From Pseudopelagicola sp. (lineage in GTDB: Bacteria > Pseudomonadota > Alphaproteobacteria > Rhodobacterales > Rhodobacteraceae): DNA of 64,000 bases. Shown piece by piece: positions 58,616-64,000 of the stretch (within the stretch, counting starts at the first letter, position 1; every line of letters begins with the position of its first letter). The translations under genes were made by a program, and so were the position numbers. Under the pieces are notes generated by a model that was not told the DNA's origin, ran no database searches, and was given only the letters and a program-made list of their open reading frames with translations. The stretch is taken from positions 1,363-65,362 of the forward strand of contig JAPHRE010000040.1 of NCBI GenBank assembly GCA_026195905.1, written 5' to 3'.

Positions 58616-59746
58616 ATGGATCTACACGCACGATACCCTGCCCTGTCTGACCTGCGCCGCCGCGCCCAAAAGCGGCTGCCGACATTCGTCTGGGAGTTTC
58701 TTGAAAGCGCCACGGGACAGGAGGCGACCAAAGCCCGCAACCGCGCAAAACTGGACGAAGTCCTCTTTGCCCCCTCAATCCTGCATGGTGAGTTTGAAGC
58801 CGATCTTTCCACGACCTTCCTCGGAGAGGACTATCCGCTCCCGCTTGGCATTGCGCCGTTGGGTATGTCCGGGTTGATCTGGCCCAATGCCGAGCGCCTC
58901 CTTGCTGCTGCGGGCGCGCGTCTTGGTATTCCCTATGCGCTCTCCACCGTCGCAAGCCAAACCCCCGAAGCCGTCGCGCCGCATCTTGGCGCACATGGCT
59001 GGTTTCAAATGTACCCCCCCCGCGATCCAGAGATTCGCAAAGACATGCTGGCCCGCGCCAAACGCGCCGGGTTCACAACCCTTGTGCTGACCGCAGACGT
59101 CCCCGTCGCAAGCCGCCGCGAGCGCCAGGTGCGCTCTGGCTTGACAACCCCGCCGCGCCTAACCCCGCGCCTTCTGGCGCAGGTGGCGCTACGTCCGGCA
59201 TGGGCGCTTGGCACGGCGCGCATGGGAATGCCGCGCATGCGTCTTATTGATGAATACGCAGGTAATCTAACGGGGATGAGTTCAACCGCCCATGCGGGCT
59301 ATCTCCTGCGCACCTCGCCGGATTGGGACTATCTCCACTGGCTGCGCGACAATTGGCAGGGGCCGTTGATTGTCAAAGGCGTGTTGCGCGCCTCCGACGC
59401 CGCACCGCTCGAAAAGGCCGGAGTAGATGCGCTCTGGGTGTCCAATCACGCCGGACGCCAGTTTGATGCCGCCCCCGCAAGCATCGAGGCCTTACCCGCC
59501 ATACGCGCGGCCACCTCCCTGCCGCTTATCTTCGATAGCGGCGTTGAGACCGGCCTCGATATCCTGCGCGCCCTCGCACGCGGCGCCGATTTCGTGATGA
59601 TGGGGCGCGGATTTCACATGGCGCTGGCGGCGCTTGGCCCCAATGGTCCCGATCATCTTGTCGATATTCTTGCAAAGGACATGGCCGCCAATATGGGCCA
59701 AATCGGCACGCCCCATTTGGGCTTACTCTCCAAGGCCATCTTGTGA
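58616..59746 (+). CDS. FMN-dependent alpha-hydroxy acid oxidase/dehydrogenase (LldD-like)
   Basis: WFQMY, LIVKGV, SNHAGRQFD, DSGVETG. Confidence 0.9.
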   Translation: MDLHARYPALSDLRRRAQKRLPTFVWEFLESATGQEATKARNRAKLDEVLFAPSILHGEFEADLSTTFLGEDYPLPLGIAPLGMSGLIWPNAERLLAAAGARLGIPYALSTVASQTPEAVAPHLGAHGWFQMYPPRDPEIRKDMLARAKRAGFTTLVLTADVPVASRRERQVRSGLTTPPRLTPRLLAQVALRPAWALGTARMGMPRMRLIDEYAGNLTGMSSTAHAGYLLRTSPDWDYLHWLRDNWQGPLIVKGVLRASDAAPLEKAGVDALWVSNHAGRQFDAAPASIEALPAIRAATSLPLIFDSGVETGLDILRALARGADFVMMGRGFHMALAALGPNGPDHLVDILAKDMAANMGQIGTPHLGLLSKAIL

Positions 59747-59920
59747 TTGCGCAAACATGTCGTGACTTGGACACAACCCGCCGCAGGATAACGCGGAAAA
59801 CGCCCAAAACCTTTCACAAAAGTTACAAGACTACGCAGTCCTTGGTATTGTCTGAGCATACGCGCCGGACTACCCCAAGACAATATTTTGGACAGCGCGA
59901 AAAAAGAGGGGAGCCTGCCC

Positions 59921-62900
59921 ATGCCTGACTTCAAGAAAATTCTGATTGCCAACCGGGGCGAAATTGCCATCCGGGTGATGCGTGCCGCCAACGAAATGGG
60001 CAAAAGGACCGTCGCGGTCTTTGCCGAAGAGGACAAGCTGTCACTCCACCGCTTCAAAGCGGACGAGGCCTATCGCATTGGCGAAGGCATGGGGCCAGTT
60101 GCGGCCTATCTCTCGATTGATGAGATCATCCGTGTTGCCAAGGGATGCGGCGCAGATGCCATTCATCCCGGCTATGGCCTGTTGTCGGAGAACCCGGATT
60201 TCGTTGATGCCTGCGCCGCCAACGGCCTTACCTTCATCGGCCCCAAGGCCGAAACCATGCGTGCCCTCGGTGACAAGGCCAGCGCCCGCAAGGTCGCGAT
60301 CGAGGCTGGCGTGCCGGTCATCCCGGCAACAGAGGTGCTTGGCGATGACATGGACGCCATCAAGGCCGAGGCCGCCAAGATCGGCTATCCCTTGATGCTC
60401 AAGGCGTCCTGGGGCGGCGGCGGGCGCGGGATGCGTCCGATCCTGTCAGAAACGGAAGTCGAGGAAAAAGTCCTCGAAGGCCGTCGCGAGGCCGAAGCTG
60501 CCTTTGGCAATGGCGAGGGCTATCTCGAAAAGATGATCACCCGCGCCCGCCACGTCGAAGTGCAAATCCTTGGCGACACACAGGGCAATATCTATCACCT
60601 CTATGAACGCGACTGCTCGGTGCAGCGCCGCAACCAAAAGGTCGTCGAACGCGCCCCCGCCCCCTACCTCTCCGAGGCCCAGCGCGAGGAAATCTGCGAA
60701 CTTGGCCGCAAGATCTGCGCCCATGTAAACTATGAATGCGCTGGCACCGTCGAATTCCTGATGGATATGGAAACCGGCAAGTTTTACTTCATCGAAGTAA
60801 ACCCGCGCGTGCAGGTCGAACATACCGTGACCGAAGAGGTCACAGGTATCGACATCGTGCAGGCGCAAATCCTCATCGCGGAGGGTAAGAGCATTGCCGA
60901 GGCGACGGGTAAGGCCTCGCAATACGATATCCGCCTCAATGGCCACGCCCTGCAAACCCGGATCACAACCGAAGACCCGCAGAACAACTTTATCCCCGAC
61001 TATGGCCGCATCACCGCCTATCGCTCGGCCACGGGGATGGGTATTCGCCTTGATGGCGGCACGGCCTATGCGGGCGGCGTCATCACGCGCTATTATGACT
61101 CGCTGCTGACCAAAGTGACCGCATGGGCACCAACCCCGGAAAAGGCCATCGCCCGCATGGACCGCGCCCTGCGCGAGTTCCGTATTCGCGGTGTGTCGAC
61201 CAATATCGCCTTTGTCGAGAACCTGCTCAAGCACCCGACCTTCCTCAACAACCAATATACCACCACGTTCATCGACGAAACGCCGGAGCTGTTCCAATTC
61301 TCCAAGCGGCGCGACCGGGGTACCAAGGTGCTGACCTACATCGCGGATATTACCGTGAACGGGCATCCCGAGACCGCAGATCGCCCGGAACCACCCGCCG
61401 ATCTCAAGGCTCCGGCACCGCCTGCGCAGCGTGGCGACCCTGCCTATGGCGCGCGCAATCTGCTTGAGGACAAAGGCGCCAAGGCCGTTGCCGACTGGAT
61501 GAAGGATCAAAAGAAGCTCCTCCTGACCGACACCACTATGCGCGACGGGCACCAATCGCTTCTGGCAACCCGGATGCGCTCGATCGACATGATCAAAGCC
61601 GCCCCGGCCTACTCCGCCAACCTCCCCGAACTGTTCTCGGTCGAATGCTGGGGCGGCGCGACCTTCGATGTCGCCTATCGCTTCTTGCAGGAATGTCCGT
61701 GGCAACGTCTGCGCGACCTGCGCGCGCGGATGCCCAACCTGCTGACGCAGATGCTCCTGCGCGCCTCAAACGGTGTCGGTTATACCAACTACCCCGATAA
61801 CGTGGTGCAGGAATTCGTGCGCCAAGCCGCCGAAACCGGCGTCGATGTGTTCCGCGTCTTTGACTCGCTGAACTGGGTCGAAAACATGCGCGTCGCGATG
61901 GATGCCGTGGTCGAGACCGGCAAGATTTGCGAAGGCACGACTTGCTATACCGGCGATCTCCTTGATCCCGACCGCGCCAAATACGATCTCAAATACTATG
62001 TCGGTATGGCCAAAGACCTTGAGGCCGCAGGCGCGCATGTGCTTGGCCTCAAGGACATGGCGGGCCTTCTGAAACCGGCTTCGGCGCGCATCCTTATCAA
62101 GGCGCTGAAGGAAGAGGTCGGCCTTCCGATCCACTTCCACACCCATGACACCTCGGGCATTGCCGGGGCGACAATCCTCGCCGCCACCGACGCAGGCGTT
62201 GATGCCGTCGATGCGGCTATGGACGCCTTCTCGGGCGGCACCTCGCAGGCCTGTCTTGGCTCCATCGTCGAAGCCCTGCGCCACACGGATCGCGACACCG
62301 GCCTTGATATCGACGCCATTCGCGAAATTTCGGACTATTGGGAAGGCGTGCGCGCGCAATATACCGCGTTCGAATCCGGCCTCGCCGCCCCTGCCTCCGA
62401 GGTCTACCTCCACGAGATGCCGGGCGGCCAGTTCACCAACCTCAAGGCTCAGGCCCGTAGCCTCGGCCTTGAAGAGAAATGGACCCAAGTCGCCCGCACC
62501 TATGCAGACGTGAACCAGATGTTTGGCGATATCGTCAAGGTGACGCCGTCGTCAAAGGTCGTCGGGGACATGGCACTGATGATGGTCAGCCAAGGCCTCA
62601 CACGCGCCGACGTCGAAGACCCCGAAACCGATGTCGCCTTCCCCGACTCCGTGGTCGACATGATGCGCGGCAACCTCGGCCAACCGCCGGGCGGCTTTCC
62701 CGACGCGATCGTGAAGAAGGTGCTCAAGGACGAAACCCCAAATACCGAACGCCCCGGCAAACATCTTGACCCGGTCGATCTTGACGCCACACGTGAAGAG
62801 CTCACCAAGGAACTCGAAGGCCTCAAAATCGACAACGAAGATCTCAACGGCTACCTGATGTATCCCAAGGTCTTCCTCGACTATATGGGCCGCCACCGCC

Positions 62901-63361
62901 AATATGGGCCGGTGCGCACCCTACCCACCCGGACCTTCTTTTACGGCATGGAACCGGGCGACGAGATCACGGCGGAAATCGACCCCGGCAAGACCCTCGA
63001 AATCCGGCTTCAGGCCGTGGGCGAAACCGGCGAGGATGGCGAGGTCAAGGTCTTCTTCGAACTCAACGGCCAACCGCGCGTGATCCGTGTGCCGAACCGT
63101 CTGGTGAAAGCCTCCACCGCCCAGCGCCCAAAGGCCGAAGTCGGCAATGCCGACCATATCGGCGCGCCAATGCCCGGTGTCGTCGCCTCTGTGGCGGTCT
63201 CCGTGGGCCAGCGCGTCAAGGAAGGCGACCTCCTCCTCACCATCGAGGCAATGAAAATGGAAACCGGCATCCACGCCGAACGGGACGCCACGGTCAAAGC
63301 CATTCACGCCCAACCCGGCAGCCAGATCGACGCCAAGGATCTTCTCGTCGAACTCGACTAA
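59921..63361 (+). CDS. pyc: Pyruvate carboxylase
   Basis: Biotin carboxylase domain, RDGHQSLLATR, LGLKDMAG, HFHTHDT, HEMPGGQ, EAMKME. Confidence 0.97.
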   Translation: MPDFKKILIANRGEIAIRVMRAANEMGKRTVAVFAEEDKLSLHRFKADEAYRIGEGMGPVAAYLSIDEIIRVAKGCGADAIHPGYGLLSENPDFVDACAANGLTFIGPKAETMRALGDKASARKVAIEAGVPVIPATEVLGDDMDAIKAEAAKIGYPLMLKASWGGGGRGMRPILSETEVEEKVLEGRREAEAAFGNGEGYLEKMITRARHVEVQILGDTQGNIYHLYERDCSVQRRNQKVVERAPAPYLSEAQREEICELGRKICAHVNYECAGTVEFLMDMETGKFYFIEVNPRVQVEHTVTEEVTGIDIVQAQILIAEGKSIAEATGKASQYDIRLNGHALQTRITTEDPQNNFIPDYGRITAYRSATGMGIRLDGGTAYAGGVITRYYDSLLTKVTAWAPTPEKAIARMDRALREFRIRGVSTNIAFVENLLKHPTFLNNQYTTTFIDETPELFQFSKRRDRGTKVLTYIADITVNGHPETADRPEPPADLKAPAPPAQRGDPAYGARNLLEDKGAKAVADWMKDQKKLLLTDTTMRDGHQSLLATRMRSIDMIKAAPAYSANLPELFSVECWGGATFDVAYRFLQECPWQRLRDLRARMPNLLTQMLLRASNGVGYTNYPDNVVQEFVRQAAETGVDVFRVFDSLNWVENMRVAMDAVVETGKICEGTTCYTGDLLDPDRAKYDLKYYVGMAKDLEAAGAHVLGLKDMAGLLKPASARILIKALKEEVGLPIHFHTHDTSGIAGATILAATDAGVDAVDAAMDAFSGGTSQACLGSIVEALRHTDRDTGLDIDAIREISDYWEGVRAQYTAFESGLAAPASEVYLHEMPGGQFTNLKAQARSLGLEEKWTQVARTYADVNQMFGDIVKVTPSSKVVGDMALMMVSQGLTRADVEDPETDVAFPDSVVDMMRGNLGQPPGGFPDAIVKKVLKDETPNTERPGKHLDPVDLDATREELTKELEGLKIDNEDLNGYLMYPKVFLDYMGRHRQYGPVRTLPTRTFFYGMEPGDEITAEIDPGKTLEIRLQAVGETGEDGEVKVFFELNGQPRVIRVPNRLVKASTAQRPKAEVGNADHIGAPMPGVVASVAVSVGQRVKEGDLLLTIEAMKMETGIHAERDATVKAIHAQPGSQIDAKDLLVELD

Positions 63362-63367
63362 AACCTC

Positions 63368-63395
63368 AAAGCCCCGCCTGCCCGGCGGGGCTTTT
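63368..63395. terminator. Bidirectional terminator between convergent genes
   Basis: AAAGCCCCGCC-loop-GGCGGGGCTTTT. Confidence 0.7.
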
Positions 63396-63400
63396 GCTGG

Positions 63401-64000
63401 TTAGAGCCAAATACCGTAGCGGTCCTGCAAGTATCGCACGGCGCGGGCGTTTGCCGCATCACGCCCATCCGCACCGCCCTCCATACTCGTCAGGTCTGCC
63501 TCGGCAAAATGCGCATGCGACGTCGCTTCCCGGCGGCGCGGGATCATCCAGACCGGATGTCCATTCTTCATCGCCACCCCCGAAAGCCAGAAATCATCGA
63601 CCGACCAAACGTCTTCTGGAATATCGAAAACGTCGTCGTCAAAGAAACTCGGGCGCACCAAAACCCCGCCGAACCCCATGAAATTGTCCACATACCCGGC
63701 CCGAAGACACCGCCGCCGCCCGACGAACCGACGCGGCCAGCCAAGGACGCTGCGCCCAAAGGCCTCTACGAGCAGGCGGATATTCTGCTCCATGTCAAAC
63801 ACCCGCCAAAGCCGTAACGCACGCGGCCGCAAAAGATCTTTACGCTCCCGTAGTGGTGGATTTTCGATCACACCACCACAAAGCGTAATACATGCCTCAG
63901 GGTGGGCTTCGCGCTGGCGCAGGAACTGTGCGGCCCAATCGCGCGGATAGTCCATGTCATCATCGCAAAACAAGATTTCAACATCCCGTTCGGCAAAGTC
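63401..64000 (-). CDS. GT-A fold glycosyltransferase, 3' part (5' end outside the window)
   Basis: The frame is open to the edge: DFAERDVEILFCDDDMDY (DxD), FMGFGGVLVRP, VDDFWLSG. Confidence 0.72.
   Translation of the reverse strand, partial: DFAERDVEILFCDDDMDYPRDWAAQFLRQREAHPEACITLCGGVIENPPLRERKDLLRPRALRLWRVFDMEQNIRLLVEAFGRSVLGWPRRFVGRRRCLRAGYVDNFMGFGGVLVRPSFFDDDVFDIPEDVWSVDDFWLSGVAMKNGHPVWMIPRRREATSHAHFAEADLTSMEGGADGRDAANARAVRYLQDRYGIWL

Noticed and set aside
3083-59920. Longest-ORF starts in the track for several genes (e.g. 3083, 4290, 11452, 20416, 38266, 51577, 59888)
   Set aside because: Downstream starts with RBS or stop/start coupling fit better; coordinates were adjusted.

Overview
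A 64-kb chromosomal window from an alphaproteobacterium; gene content and the DUF1127/cuckoo sRNA locus point to Rhodobacteraceae or the Roseobacter group (inference). The left ~41 kb, beyond the 3' end of a minus-strand tRNA-Ser, is accessory-looking. It holds an Atu-like acyl-CoA carboxylase operon with a beta-keto acid cleavage enzyme and a frameshifted GST, a wza-wzb-wzc-wecA polysaccharide export module, and a nucleoside-type ABC transporter. It also holds a phosphonate biosynthesis operon (cytidylyltransferase-PEP mutase, phosphonopyruvate decarboxylase, class V aminotransferase) head-to-head with a standalone A-T-TE NRPS-like gene that has a perfect CtrA box upstream. Next come a TorSTR-regulated TorA/DorA-family molybdoenzyme fused to a C-terminal monoheme cytochrome c, with no torC or torD in the window, and a MarR-DUF1566-ferric reductase operon with gene and IS debris. 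The right ~23 kb is mostly core genes (SPOR, D-Ala-D-Ala carboxypeptidase, tmk, holB, TatD, MBL, AEC, tRNA-Leu, lipB, cycA, ctaD, Mrp, DUF1127 plus four cuckoo sRNAs, uvrD, alpha-hydroxy acid oxidase, pyc). The uvrD gene carries a low-GC, divergent 5' patch with a ~44-aa acidic insertion. The strongest candidates for an undescribed system are the Tat-exported TorA-cytochrome c fusion locus and the phosphonate plus A-T-TE locus. All family assignments come from motif recognition by eye; no database searches were run.
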